Shown: positions 9,705 through 20,139, counted from the stretch's first letter. The stretch is DNA of 64,000 nucleotides from Spirochaetia bacterium (GCA_965199955.1 CBDATQ010000002.1:864001-928000); one strand, 5' to 3'. Notes: generated by a model not told the origin, from the letters alone. Made by a program: numbers and translations.

Positions 9705-10615
9705 CGGGCGCCGCTCCGCGCTTCCTTCCAGGAGCAGAACCGCTCGGCCGACACCGCGCCGTCATACGCGGCGACGCGCAGTGCCGTCTCCCAGGTCTCG
9801 CCATCGGCGACCGACACGTCGTCGTCCATGGTGGCGTTGAACATCGCCATCCCGTAGTCGCGGACGAACCACGGCCCGGTGCGGCGGGCGCTCGCGGTGT
9901 TGTTCAGGACCAGCAGGCAGACGCCGAAGCGCCCCAGGCCGGCCGGCTCCGCCTCGTACGCCACGAAGTCGCGCTCCTTGCCGAACGCGACCTCGTCGGC
10001 GGTGCCGCGGTGGAGCTCCGCGCCCGCGCCGGCGACCATCTCGCCCTCGAACGGCGGCAGGAGCTGAGGCTGGACCCGGACCCCGATCGAGCCGTGCTTG
10101 TTGGCCTCGAAGCGCAACTCGCCGTAGGCCGCGGTCTTGCGGGAGATGAGGTCACAGATCGTGGCGTCGTCGGCGGCGTACAGATCGAAGTGCCGCACCT
10201 CGTCGAGCACCGGCGCTCCGTTACAGCCCTCCCAGGTGCTCCGATACGTGAAGCGGAAGCCGGTTTCCAGCGGCGTGATATCGGCGCGCTGTCGATAGCG
10301 GATCCGGCCCAGGTGGTTGTAGACGTGAGAGTCCGGCGAGCGCCAGTCGGGATGCACCACCCAGAAGTTGGACAGCACGCCGCCGCACACCACCCGCGCC
10401 TGGGCCACGAACACGCCGTTGTGGAACGCGTGATCGAAGGCGTACTCCTGCGTCACGCCCAGGCCGCGCGGGGTGTTCAGCGGATAACACCACGCGCGCA
10501 GGTCGTTGTGGCCGACCCCGCCGAGCAAGCGGCCGGTGGCTTGCTCCATGACCATATTGCCCAGCGCGTCGTTGTCACCCGCGCGCCGTATTGCGAAGCC
10601 GGTGTCCGTGCCCAT
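9701..10615 (-). CDS. DUF6807 / PmoA-like family protein
   Basis: YPLNTPRG..TQEYAFDHAFHNGVF and WFVRDYG motifs; GTGA overlap with the MetE-like gene; start uncertain (10615-10660). Confidence 0.65.
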   Translation of the reverse strand: MGTDTGFAIRRAGDNDALGNMVMEQATGRLLGGVGHNDLRAWCYPLNTPRGLGVTQEYAFDHAFHNGVFVAQARVVCGGVLSNFWVVHPDWRSPDSHVYNHLGRIRYRQRADITPLETGFRFTYRSTWEGCNGAPVLDEVRHFDLYAADDATICDLISRKTAAYGELRFEANKHGSIGVRVQPQLLPPFEGEMVAGAGAELHRGTADEVAFGKERDFVAYEAEPAGLGRFGVCLLVLNNTASARRTGPWFVRDYGMAMFNATMDDDVSVADGETWETALRVAAYDGAVSAERFCSWKEARSGAR

Positions 10616-10705
10616 GGCCACACCGTGGCGCAGCGCTCCATTCGCGTCCACCTCTTGCACCGATCCGTTGACTCGTTCCAGGACCTTGCATCAGCATGCT
10701 TACGT

Positions 10706-10957
10706 ATGGATACGGTCCTGTCGACAAGAATCGACGAAGGGGTTGCGCACACCCTGGATGATCTTGCCGCCACGCTCCGCATCCCCAAGAAGCGCATCGT
10801 CGAGGACGCGATCCGTCTCTACAGCGAGACGATCGAGCACACGGCGGACCCCATCGATGCGTCGTTCGGTGCCTGGCGTCGATCCGAGGCGCCGGATGAG
10901 CTGCGCCGGCGCATGCGAGCCGCCTTCGAGGACTCGATGCATCGGCACCGGACATGA
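10706..10957 (+). CDS. Putative ribbon-helix-helix antitoxin (VapB-like)
   Basis: MDTVLSTRIDE..LDDLAATLRIPKKRIVEDAIRLY, FGAW; ATGA-coupled to the PIN gene. Confidence 0.75.
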   Translation: MDTVLSTRIDEGVAHTLDDLAATLRIPKKRIVEDAIRLYSETIEHTADPIDASFGAWRRSEAPDELRRRMRAAFEDSMHRHRT

Positions 10958-11343
10958 GGGCTTACGTCGATGCCGACGTGCTGATCTGGCACCTGCGCGG
11001 CCTGCCTGCCGCTGGTGGATTCATCTCGGGTCTCCGTGCGAATCCGGTGTACGAGCTCTGGGTGGGCGCGCTGCAGAGGGCGGAGGTCCTCTTCTTCATG
11101 CGCCCGGATGAAGAAGAGGCGACCCTCGGGCTATTCTCGCAGTTCAAGACAGCGCCAGTGGATCAGGACATCGTCGATGCTGCGGCGGCACTCTACCGCC
11201 GCTGGAACCCCTCGCATGGAGTGGACGTCAACGATGCCATGCTGGCAGCCACGGTGCGCGCTACCGGGGGGAAGCTGTACTGTCTGAATACCCGCCACTA
11301 CCCGATGGATGACGTGCTGGTGGAGCGGGCGTGGGCGTCCTGA
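10954..11343 (+). CDS. vapC: PIN-domain toxin (VapC family)
   Basis: YVDADVLI, AEV, NDAMLAAT, LNTRHYP. Confidence 0.85.
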   Translation: MRAYVDADVLIWHLRGLPAAGGFISGLRANPVYELWVGALQRAEVLFFMRPDEEEATLGLFSQFKTAPVDQDIVDAAAALYRRWNPSHGVDVNDAMLAATVRATGGKLYCLNTRHYPMDDVLVERAWAS

Positions 11344-11388
11344 TCCGGGCGGCGCCGCGTCCGTGACGTACCCACAGAGGAAACAGGC

Positions 11389-14300
11389 ATGGAACAACTG
11401 CCGCTGATCGACGTCGCCGAGCCGGATCGGATCGACGCCCTGACCACCGCGCCCGGCACCTTTGCCTTTCGCGCCGACGCCGCCGAGAACCTGGACGGCC
11501 TGGTGCCCGACATCGGGCTGACCGGCAAGTATCCCTTCCGCAGCGTGTACCGGCCGCGCAGCTTCGCCCGCGCCGGTCTGCCGGCCACGCTCACCCACCG
11601 CTTCTGGGACACCATCGACGGCACCGACGACCATACCGGACGGCGCTGGATCGGCGTGGTGATGTACGACGAGCACGGTTGCGAGTGTCCCCTGGAGGTG
11701 ACTCTGGGCGCCGATACGATCGGCCGCATCGCGCCGTTCCGGCACGACAACCGGCGCCATCTCTACGTCGTGGACCGCCCCGTGGACTTCAGGGGGGAGA
11801 TGGAGGTGCTGCGCATCACCGGCACCGGCGACGCGTCGTACCGCCTGGAGCAGGTGCTGTTGCTCGGCGCGCGCCCGGAGCCCACCTGCTACCGGCCGCG
11901 CATCGACCGGCTGACCGCGCGGCTGGGGATGAGCCCGGACGGCTCGTTCACGGTGGCCGTCGATGCCACGACCTGGCCGGCGTCCCGCTGCAGCGTCACG
12001 GTGACCCGCGCCGATACCGGCGAACCGGTCGCCGAGGCGGCCGAGGAGGAGTCGCTGAGCCTGCACTCGATCGACGTGAACGGGTTGCCGGAGCCGCCCG
12101 CGGCCGGGTATCGGGCGCGTGTCCGCGCGACCGAGGCGGACGGGCTCGTGCAGACGGCGCAAGCAGCCGTGACCGGCGAGTCCGGCGCCGCCGCCGGCCC
12201 GGTGAGGGTCCCCGTGGAACTGTACAACCTCGCCGGCGCCGCGTTGGCCGACCAGCCGATCACCTTCGGGGTGCCCCTGCCGAGGGGCCGGGTGATGGGC
12301 GCCGCCGAAGGAAGCTGGGAATCGGCAGGCACGGCCACGCCGGTGCAGTGCCGGCCGCACGGTTTCTGGCCGGACGGGTCGGCGAGCTGGATGCTCATTG
12401 ACGGGCGCCTGCCGCGGGCGCTCACGCCGGACGCTGATCTGGCCGGCTCCGTGACCATCGGTCCCGCGGCCGCTGGTGCGCGGCCGGACGGCGGTCTGCG
12501 CTGCACGTCGGGCGACGGCGCCGTGACCGTGTCCGGGGGCTCGTTGCGCGTGAGCGTGACGGCCGGCGCGGTCGAGCCGCTGCCGGTGATCGAGACGCGG
12601 TCCGGCGACGGCTCGTGGCGCGCGGCGCATGCCGGCAGCGCCGCCACGCTCACGCTGGGCAGCGGCGTGGATCTGCGCCAGGGGCCGATCCGGGACCTCT
12701 CCCTCGAAGAGGAGGGGTGGCAGCGCTCCGTGATCCGCTATCGCTTCGATCACCTCGATAGGGACGGGGTCGCGCACCTGACGAGCACCGTCCGCGTGCA
12801 TGTCTACAGCGGGCTGCAGGCGGTCCGGATCGTGCACCGCCTGGAGGTCACATCCCCGCACCTGCCGCCGGCCGCCGGCGGGACCGCCGACGACATCCCG
12901 GCGGGCGCCGCCACCGCGCGGGACGCCATTGCCGGCACCGACGGCGAGCAGGCGACGCTGCTGACGGTCCGGGGTGCGTCCCTGTGCATCAGCCGCGCAG
13001 GCAACCGTGCGGTCCGGTGGCCTGACGGACCCGAGGATGGCGCCGACCTCTCGCAGGGCGGGGCCGTGCGCCTGCTCCACGACCACGATCAGGCCTACCG
13101 CGTCGAGAACGGCGATGCGCCGCGCGAGGTCGCCGGCCGCGTTGCCGGCCACGTCACGGTGTGCGGCGCCGCCGATTCCGAAGGCGGATCCGCGGATACG
13201 CTCACCGTGGCTCTGCGGCGGTTCTGGCAGACCTGGCCGCGGGCCGTCCGGGTGAGCGGCGACGAGATCGCCGTGGAGTTGCTGCCGGCGTCGGCCGGAG
13301 CGGACCGGCCCGCGGACGAGGAGAGCTGGCACCGCATCTACTTCTGGCTGCGGGACGACGGCTACCTGCTCAAGGCGGGAATGGCCCTCACCAGCGACAT
13401 CCTGCTGGCCTGCGGGCCGCGTGACGAGGCGCTGCTCGCGTGGTTCGAGCAGCCGCCGGCGGTGCGTCCGTCCCTTGAGTGGCTCAACCGATGCGGCGTG
13501 CTCGGCCCGCTTGCTGCCAAGGATACGGGCGTGCCGGGTGCCTACGAACGTGCGCTGGACTCCGGGTACGAGCAGTGGATGGCCGACCGCGACATCTGGC
13601 GCCAGTACGGCTGGGTGAACTTCGGCGACTGGTACGGCGAGAGCGCCTGGTCGTGGGGCAACAACGAGTACGATCCGCCCTTCGCGCACTACAGCGAGTT
13701 CCTGCGCGGCGGCGATCCTCGGTGGTCCATCCTGGGCGCCGAGGCGGCGCGCCACCTGACCGACGTGGACACCGTCAACGCCTCCACGGACGCCACTCAG
13801 GTGGGCGCTCAGTACACCCACATGCCGGGCCACGCCGGCGGCTACCTGCCGCCGTACTTCCGCAGCAAGATGGGCGGTTCCTCGAGCGTGCCGTCGCACA
13901 CCTGGGTCGAGGGGCCGGTGCTGCACTACCTGTTGACCGGCGACGAGAACTTGCGGGAGTCGCTCGACCGCACCGCCGGCTGGCTGCTCGGGGCGGGGCT
14001 CAAGGACTTCGCCGGCGGCATCCAGCACTACGACTTCGCCAACTGCCGCGAGTGCGGCTGGCATCTGATCCACCTCACCGCGCTGGCGCGCATGAGCGCC
14101 TCGCCCCGCTACCTCAACGCCGCCGCGCTGATCGTCGACCGGGTGCTCGTGCGGCAGGAGCCCGAAGGCGGCTGGGAGCGCGTTCTCAAGGAGGGCCACT
14201 GCGGGTGCGAGCCGCCGCGCGAGCGCGGCGAGGCCGGCTTCATGGTCGGGGTGCTGCTGTCCGGGCTGCGCCGGTATCACGAGCTCACCGGCGACGACCG

Positions 14301-14631
14301 GGTCGCGGAGGCCATCCTGGGCGGCGTGCGCTGGCTCATCCGCCGCACCTACGACGCCGACAGCGGCCACTTCCGCTACACGCCGTGCCTGCACCGGGGC
14401 GGTGGTCCGCAGGCCGGGTTCACCCGCCAGGTGGTCGAGGGCATCGCCTACGCCCACGCGCTGAACGGCGACGGCGAGCTGCGCGAGATCGTCGAGCGTG
14501 GCCTGCGCGATCTCGGCGATCTGCCTGAAGCCTCCCCGGACTCCGGCCACTCCGGCTTCGGAAAGGACTGGGCCAGCCAGACCCGCTACGTACCGTCACT
14601 GCTGGCCTACCTTGCCGGCACCGGACGCTGA
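11389..14631 (+). CDS. Large PcRGLX/YetA-like (exo-rhamnogalacturonan lyase-like) protein with extra N-terminal domains
   Basis: PITFGVPLPRG..WPDGSASW N-domain; YGWVNFGDW, WGNNEYD, ARHLTDVD, HTWVEG alpha/alpha barrel motifs; no clear signal peptide. Confidence 0.65.
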   Translation: MEQLPLIDVAEPDRIDALTTAPGTFAFRADAAENLDGLVPDIGLTGKYPFRSVYRPRSFARAGLPATLTHRFWDTIDGTDDHTGRRWIGVVMYDEHGCECPLEVTLGADTIGRIAPFRHDNRRHLYVVDRPVDFRGEMEVLRITGTGDASYRLEQVLLLGARPEPTCYRPRIDRLTARLGMSPDGSFTVAVDATTWPASRCSVTVTRADTGEPVAEAAEEESLSLHSIDVNGLPEPPAAGYRARVRATEADGLVQTAQAAVTGESGAAAGPVRVPVELYNLAGAALADQPITFGVPLPRGRVMGAAEGSWESAGTATPVQCRPHGFWPDGSASWMLIDGRLPRALTPDADLAGSVTIGPAAAGARPDGGLRCTSGDGAVTVSGGSLRVSVTAGAVEPLPVIETRSGDGSWRAAHAGSAATLTLGSGVDLRQGPIRDLSLEEEGWQRSVIRYRFDHLDRDGVAHLTSTVRVHVYSGLQAVRIVHRLEVTSPHLPPAAGGTADDIPAGAATARDAIAGTDGEQATLLTVRGASLCISRAGNRAVRWPDGPEDGADLSQGGAVRLLHDHDQAYRVENGDAPREVAGRVAGHVTVCGAADSEGGSADTLTVALRRFWQTWPRAVRVSGDEIAVELLPASAGADRPADEESWHRIYFWLRDDGYLLKAGMALTSDILLACGPRDEALLAWFEQPPAVRPSLEWLNRCGVLGPLAAKDTGVPGAYERALDSGYEQWMADRDIWRQYGWVNFGDWYGESAWSWGNNEYDPPFAHYSEFLRGGDPRWSILGAEAARHLTDVDTVNASTDATQVGAQYTHMPGHAGGYLPPYFRSKMGGSSSVPSHTWVEGPVLHYLLTGDENLRESLDRTAGWLLGAGLKDFAGGIQHYDFANCRECGWHLIHLTALARMSASPRYLNAAALIVDRVLVRQEPEGGWERVLKEGHCGCEPPRERGEAGFMVGVLLSGLRRYHELTGDDRVAEAILGGVRWLIRRTYDADSGHFRYTPCLHRGGGPQAGFTRQVVEGIAYAHALNGDGELREIVERGLRDLGDLPEASPDSGHSGFGKDWASQTRYVPSLLAYLAGTGR

Positions 14632-14640
14632 GGAGTGCGC

Positions 14641-15726
14641 ATGAACACGGACATCGGAAACGAACCGCGCGTGCCTGAAGCGGATTTGCGCGATCTGGGT
14701 GCCCGGGCGCTGCGTGCGGCCGGCGTCCCGGGCGAGGACGCTGCCATCGTCGCGCGGGTGATGGTCGCCAACGAGATGCGCGGCATCAGCCACGGCGTCG
14801 CGCTGCTCGCGCCGTACATCCGCCACATCAAGGCCGGCGGCATGACCGCTGCGCCGCGCATCACCGTCGAGCGCGACGTGGGCGCAACACTGGTGCTGAA
14901 CGGCGATGGGGGGCTCGGCCCTCTCATCTCCTGCCGCGCCATGGAACTCGCGATCGAGCGGGCCCGCCGGCACGGCGTGGCGTTCGTCGTCGCCCGCGAC
15001 GGCAACAATTTCGCCGCCGCCGGGTACTACGCCAAGATCGCTGCCGACGCCGGCATGGTGGGCGTGGCGATGACCAACGCCGATCCGTACATGGCGGTCG
15101 CCGGTGGAGCCGGGCGCACGGTCGGCAACAACCCGTTGGGATGCGCCGTTCCGGGCGCCGACGGTCGGGCGGTCTACCTGGACATCGCCATGAGCGCGGT
15201 GGCCGGCACCAAGCTGGCGATCGCCGCGCGCGAGGGGCGCCCGATCCCCGAGGGCTGGGCGCTCGACGCAGACGGAGAGCCCGCGACCGATCCGGGTGCG
15301 GTCCGGCAGGGCGGGTCACTGGTCCCGGTCGGCGGCTACAAGGGCTCCGGCCTGGCGGTGCTGATCGAGTGCCTGACCGGGGTGCTGGGCGGGGCGGCGA
15401 TCATGGCGGAGATGCGCGACTGGGTGGGCGACCCGGAAGGGCGCAGCAACCAGGCGCACAGCTTCATCGCCATCGACATCGAGCCGTTGCTGCCGCTGGC
15501 GGAGTTCAAGGAACGCATGGCGCGCCTGGCCGGGCAGGTGCATGGGGCCCGTCGGGCGCCCGGCGTCGAGCGGATCTATCTGCCGGGAGAGATCGAGCAC
15601 GGGCGGGAGCGCGACGCACGGCAGAACGGCGTGCCGCTGCGCGGCGCGACCGTAGCCGGACTGCGGGACCTGGGCGAGCTGGCCGGGCTTGCCGATGAGG
15701 TGGAGGCGCTCCTGGCGGGCGGTTGA
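14641..15726 (+). CDS. Ldh_2 family oxidoreductase (malate/L-lactate/ureidoglycolate/sulfolactate dehydrogenase-like)
   Basis: RGISHG, GNNPL, LDIAMS, GGYKGSGLA, IYLPGE; GAGGAG SD. Confidence 0.9.
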   Translation: MNTDIGNEPRVPEADLRDLGARALRAAGVPGEDAAIVARVMVANEMRGISHGVALLAPYIRHIKAGGMTAAPRITVERDVGATLVLNGDGGLGPLISCRAMELAIERARRHGVAFVVARDGNNFAAAGYYAKIAADAGMVGVAMTNADPYMAVAGGAGRTVGNNPLGCAVPGADGRAVYLDIAMSAVAGTKLAIAAREGRPIPEGWALDADGEPATDPGAVRQGGSLVPVGGYKGSGLAVLIECLTGVLGGAAIMAEMRDWVGDPEGRSNQAHSFIAIDIEPLLPLAEFKERMARLAGQVHGARRAPGVERIYLPGEIEHGRERDARQNGVPLRGATVAGLRDLGELAGLADEVEALLAGG

Positions 15727-15779
15727 AGTGAGCTTCCGGATGGCTCCGTCACCCCGCTCGCCGTCGGATGCCGTCCCTC

Positions 15780-16060
15780 GCGAGCCAGTGCGCGCACCGC
15801 TGACAGGTGACTCCTGCTCACCGGCACGTCGTGGCCTCCCGTCACGCGCATGAACGTCCGCTCGTCACGCCGATAGACCGCGTGATGTGGTCGTGGGCCA
15901 CCCAGTACGAGCGGTGCACCTGCATCCCGGTGTCTCCGAGCTCGGCGACGGCGTCCGCGAATCGCATCAGGATCACCCCTGCCCCTTGGCTCGTAACGGC
16001 GTTAACGGGTGGGTCGAGCACCTCGCCGTATGCCCGCTGCAGAAACCGACCCGCATGGAG
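15780..16060 (-). pseudogene. LytTR DNA-binding domain remnant, frameshifted
   Basis: ILMRFADAVAELGDTGMQVHRSYWVA continues in another frame as GHDVPVSRSHLSAVR. Confidence 0.7.
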
Positions 16061-16406
16061 CAGGGGCTTCGTCCGTTCGTCTTCACGAGGCGGAGCGGTG
16101 TTCCTGGCGTCGTTCAAGATTGATGCTCCTTCCAGATCGGTTTCGTGCGCGAATGTCAATCGCCATGCGTGAAATCGGTGTGGAACGGTCATTCGCGGAA
16201 GGCGATTCACAATATGGACTCGCGAAAAAATGTGTGATATGCGCCAGGATCATGTCCGAGGGCGCGGTGGCGGCGTTCCGCCACGGTGGACAAGGCGGCT
16301 CAGACCGTAGCAGGGTCGATACATCGGCCGGCTCGATTCGGAGCGGGATGATCGGATCGTCCCTGCGCGCCGAGCCCGCGCGGTGAGGTCCGGAGGTCTG
16401 TGTGCA

Positions 16407-18110
16407 ATGACCGATACCCTTGAGCGGGATCTGATCAGGATCGACGGCCGGCCGTACGGCCACTACCGGGACCTCCGTGGGCGCCGCTATCCGCTGGGTG
16501 GCTGCACCCTGCAGGTAGACCATGTACAGGGCGATCCGTTCGCTGCGCCGAGTCGACTGCGCGTCGACGTACCCTGCGCCGCTCTGAGGCTGCCGGAGTG
16601 GGCGCGCAGCGGCAGGGAAGCACGCCGCGCGACGGCCGACTTTCTGCAGCGGGCGCTCGGTCCCGCACTGTCCCGGTCTGCGGGCGGGGCAGGCAGCGGC
16701 AAGAGCGGGCTGCTGGAGATCACGCGTGCCGGTCAGGAGGTGCTGGACCGAACCGGTGTCGTGGTGGACGCGGACGGCAGCGCGCGGCTGCGTCTGTGCG
16801 CGGGGCTTCCTGCGGCCGGGCGGCGCATTCTCGGTCGCGCTGCCGCCGACCTGCTGGCACGGCGTCTGCGCTCCGCGATCGAAGCCGTCGCAGACGGGCT
16901 CGACCGCAGCGCGCTGCGTTTGCATGTGCATGCGGTGGAGGACCAGGTCGCGCTGCGCTCGCAGCTTACGGGGCACGGTCTGATCGCGTTTCTTGCCGAA
17001 GAAAGCGTGCTGCCGCGCCGCAGTGGCGTGGATGCGCGTCCGCTGCCGGAAGCGCTGCCGTTGACGGTGCCCGACGCCCTCGCGGTCACGCTTCGGGCCC
17101 CGCACGCCGGCGTGCTTCGAGGGCTGGGGATTCGTGCGGGCGTCACCTTGGTCGTCGGCGGCGGCTACCACGGCAAGTCCACCCTGCTGCAGGCGCTTGC
17201 CTTGGGGATGTACGACCACGTGCCCGGCGACGGCCGCGAGCGGTGCGTCTCCGCCGAAGAGCTGGTGACCGTGCGCGCCGAGGATGGCCGCTCTGTGCGG
17301 GGTGTGTGCCTCAGCCCGTTCATCCGCGATCTGCCGCTCGGGCGGGAGACCCGCAGCTTCGACAGTGACGACGCCTCGGGCAGCACCTCGCAGGCGGCGG
17401 CGATCGTCGAGGCCCTGGAGGTCGGGGCGTCCGGCCTGCTGATCGACGAAGACACGGCCGCTACCAATTTCATGATCCGCGACGCGCGCATGCGCCGACT
17501 GGTTCCCGGTGACCGCGAGCCGATCACTCCCTATATCGACCGCGTGCGCCAGCTCTGGGAGAGCCGCGGAGTATCGTCAGTGGTGGTGGTCGGCGGGGCG
17601 GGCGACTACCTGGACGTCGCCGATTGCGTCATCCAACTGGACGGCTACCAGCCCCGAGATGTCACGGCTCGGGCGCGCGAGGTCGCGGCCGCACATCCGC
17701 TGGGCGAGGCGCGGCCGCGCGCGCCCGATGCATGGCCGCCGGCCGCGCCGCGAGTTCCCTTGCCGGACGGGCTGGATCCCCGTCGAGGCCGCCGGCCGGA
17801 AAGGGTGCGCGCCGTAAGAACGCGGGCGATCGAGTTCGGACGCGAGGAGATCGACGTCAGCCTGCTGTACCAGATCGTGGATCCGGCGCAGTGCCGGATG
17901 ATCGGCGACGTGCTGCTGTGGCTCACGCGCGGACTGTGCGACGGCCGCCGCGATCTTCCCGCAGTTATGGCGGAGCTCGACGCAAGGATGCGTGCCGGCG
18001 GTATCGAGGAACTGGCCGAGCCGGGGTTCGGCGACCGGGCGCAGGTCCGCCGTTTCGAGATCGCTTCCGCCATTAACCGTCTGCGCAGCCTGCGCGTGGC
18101 GACGAGCTGA
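16407..18110 (+). CDS. Predicted ATPase of the ABC class (ABC_ATPase/COG3044, MRB1590-like)
   Basis: HVQGDPFAAPS, GGGYHGKSTLL, RAEDGR, ASGSTSQAA, DEDTAATNFMIRD; GGAGG SD. Confidence 0.88.
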   Translation: MTDTLERDLIRIDGRPYGHYRDLRGRRYPLGGCTLQVDHVQGDPFAAPSRLRVDVPCAALRLPEWARSGREARRATADFLQRALGPALSRSAGGAGSGKSGLLEITRAGQEVLDRTGVVVDADGSARLRLCAGLPAAGRRILGRAAADLLARRLRSAIEAVADGLDRSALRLHVHAVEDQVALRSQLTGHGLIAFLAEESVLPRRSGVDARPLPEALPLTVPDALAVTLRAPHAGVLRGLGIRAGVTLVVGGGYHGKSTLLQALALGMYDHVPGDGRERCVSAEELVTVRAEDGRSVRGVCLSPFIRDLPLGRETRSFDSDDASGSTSQAAAIVEALEVGASGLLIDEDTAATNFMIRDARMRRLVPGDREPITPYIDRVRQLWESRGVSSVVVVGGAGDYLDVADCVIQLDGYQPRDVTARAREVAAAHPLGEARPRAPDAWPPAAPRVPLPDGLDPRRGRRPERVRAVRTRAIEFGREEIDVSLLYQIVDPAQCRMIGDVLLWLTRGLCDGRRDLPAVMAELDARMRAGGIEELAEPGFGDRAQVRRFEIASAINRLRSLRVATS

Positions 18111-18159
18111 CGGGATCGGACCGCGGCATGTCTCGCGGCTCTCTGGTACGATAATCCCG

Positions 18160-18906
18160 GTGGTCGAGCGCCAATTCGCCGAGCCGCGGCTGGCTGCTCT
18201 CTACGATCCCCTCTGCGGGCGTGAGTGCCGCGCCGACTTTCGCTTCTACCTGCCGTTGGTGATGGCGGCGAAGGCCGTTCTCGACGTCGGCTGCGGGACG
18301 GGTGCGCTGCTGCATCGGGCGCGAGAGACGGGGCACGCGGGGCGGTTGGTCGGACTCGACCCGGCGCGCGGGATGCTCGACATGGCCCGGACACGCGCGG
18401 ACATCGAGTGGGTCTTCGGCGACCTGACGACGGTCGCATGGGAGCGGGAGTTCGACCTGGCCGTGATGACCGGTCATGCGTTTCAGCAATTGGTCGAGGA
18501 TGACGAGATTCGTGCCTCGCTCGCCTCGATTCACTCCTCGCTCGCCGACGATGGCGTCTTCGCGTTCGAGACCCGCAACCCGCTCGCTCGGGAGTGGGAG
18601 CGTTGGACTCCCGACCGCGGAGTCGATTTCGTCGGCCCCGATGGCGTCATGGTGCGTTTCGAGGCCAGGGTGGATGCACCGGTGTCAGGCGATGTCGTTC
18701 GATTCACCTGCACCTACACGAGCGCCGGTTGGAACCAACCGGAGCCGAGCTGCGCCGTCTTGCGGTTCCTCGATGCTGATAGGTTGGCGGCGTTCCTTGC
18801 CGATGGGGGCTTCGCGATCGAGGATCAGTTTGGCGACTGGGATCGGAGCACCCTCGTGGACACGAGCCCGGAGATCATCACCATCGCCCGGCGGGCTCAG
18901 TTGTAG
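18160..18906 (+). CDS. Class I SAM-dependent methyltransferase
   Basis: LAALYD, VLDVGCGTG, FDLAVMTGHAFQ, FETRNP; GTG start 7 nt after TGgTACGAT. Confidence 0.85.
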   Translation: MVERQFAEPRLAALYDPLCGRECRADFRFYLPLVMAAKAVLDVGCGTGALLHRARETGHAGRLVGLDPARGMLDMARTRADIEWVFGDLTTVAWEREFDLAVMTGHAFQQLVEDDEIRASLASIHSSLADDGVFAFETRNPLAREWERWTPDRGVDFVGPDGVMVRFEARVDAPVSGDVVRFTCTYTSAGWNQPEPSCAVLRFLDADRLAAFLADGGFAIEDQFGDWDRSTLVDTSPEIITIARRAQL

Positions 18907-20036
18907 CCGGTCGAGCCGTCCGGACGGGTCGGTGCGTGGCGCTCCCAGTGGCGGTACGGGTCGTCCCGGATCGCGTCCTCGTCCACTTCGATGCCGAACC
19001 CGGGCCGGTCGCTCACCTGCAGGTACCCGCCGGCCGGCAGCAGCACCCCGTCGAACCTGCGCCGAGTCTCTTCGCTCGGCAGGACGTACTCCAGGATCTT
19101 GAAGTTGGGAGTCGCCAGCGCGAAGTGCGCGTTCACCGCGGTTGCCAGCGGTCCCATCGGATTGTGCGGGGCGACGGGCACGTAGTGCGCCTCGGCGATG
19201 GCGGCGATCTTGCGCATCTCCAGCAGCCCGCCACAGACGCACACGTCCGGCTGGATGATGTCGGCGCCCTGCGCGGCCAGCAGGCTCAGGAACTCGAAGC
19301 GGCCGTAGAGGCACTCGCCGGTGGCCAGCGGTACCTGCATCTGCGCGCGCAGCCGCGCCCAGGCGGGGATGTGCTCCGGGCGCAGCGGCTCTTCGTAGAA
19401 GTACGGATCGAAGGGCGCCAGCGCGTTTGCCAACTGCAGCGCCCGGATCGGCTCCAGGATGCGCGCGTGCGGGTCGAACGCGTACTCCCAGTCCTCGGGC
19501 GTGTGGGCGCGCAGGTCCTGGAAGTAGCGCGCGGCCGCGGCGCACACGCGGCCCCACCGGTCCGCGTCCGGGTCGAGCAGGTAGGGGCTGGTCTTGAAGG
19601 CCGTGAAACCCCATTGGTCGTGGAGCCCGCGCGCACGTTCGGCGGCCCCCGCCCCGTCTCGCCCCTTGATCGCGTGGTACACGCGGACGCGGTCGCGCGC
19701 GGCGCCGCCGAGCAGGCGGTATACCGGCAACTCGGCCTCCTTGCCGGCGATGTCCCAGAGCGCCTGGTCGAAGGCGGAGATCGCCGCCAGCCCGACTCCC
19801 CCCGGCGGGAACCGGAACTGCTGGTGAATCTTGATCATCAGGTACTCGATCCGCCGCGGGTCCTCGCCGCCGACCAGCTCGAACAGGTAGTCGGCGATCG
19901 GCGCCACGCTCAGGTCGGGTCCGGTGGAATACGCCTCGCCCCAGCCGTGAATACCCTGGTCGGTGTGCACCTTTACGAGCGCGCGCGAGCGTGCTTCAAG
20001 AGCCGTCATGTGGGTGGAGATGCCGGTGATCTTCAT
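18897..20036 (-). CDS. Mandelate racemase/muconate lactonizing enzyme family (galactonate dehydratase-like)
   Basis: GWGEA, DQALWDIAGK, FDPHAR, YEEP, ATGE, IIQPDV, APHNPMG. Confidence 0.9.
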   Translation of the reverse strand: MKITGISTHMTALEARSRALVKVHTDQGIHGWGEAYSTGPDLSVAPIADYLFELVGGEDPRRIEYLMIKIHQQFRFPPGGVGLAAISAFDQALWDIAGKEAELPVYRLLGGAARDRVRVYHAIKGRDGAGAAERARGLHDQWGFTAFKTSPYLLDPDADRWGRVCAAAARYFQDLRAHTPEDWEYAFDPHARILEPIRALQLANALAPFDPYFYEEPLRPEHIPAWARLRAQMQVPLATGECLYGRFEFLSLLAAQGADIIQPDVCVCGGLLEMRKIAAIAEAHYVPVAPHNPMGPLATAVNAHFALATPNFKILEYVLPSEETRRRFDGVLLPAGGYLQVSDRPGFGIEVDEDAIRDDPYRHWERHAPTRPDGSTGYN

Positions 20037-20139
20037 CGCTGCCTCGTCGCATAGCATCGTCGGCGCGCGCAGGCGCCGCAAGCGATCCGCGGCGCCCGCG
20101 CGGTGGTTACGGTCCCGGCCCGCGGCATACACTGCCGTG

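Noticed and set aside
9701..10615. Methane monooxygenase implied by the PmoA label
   Set aside because: Soluble DUF6807-like sequence with no TM helices and no pmoB/pmoC
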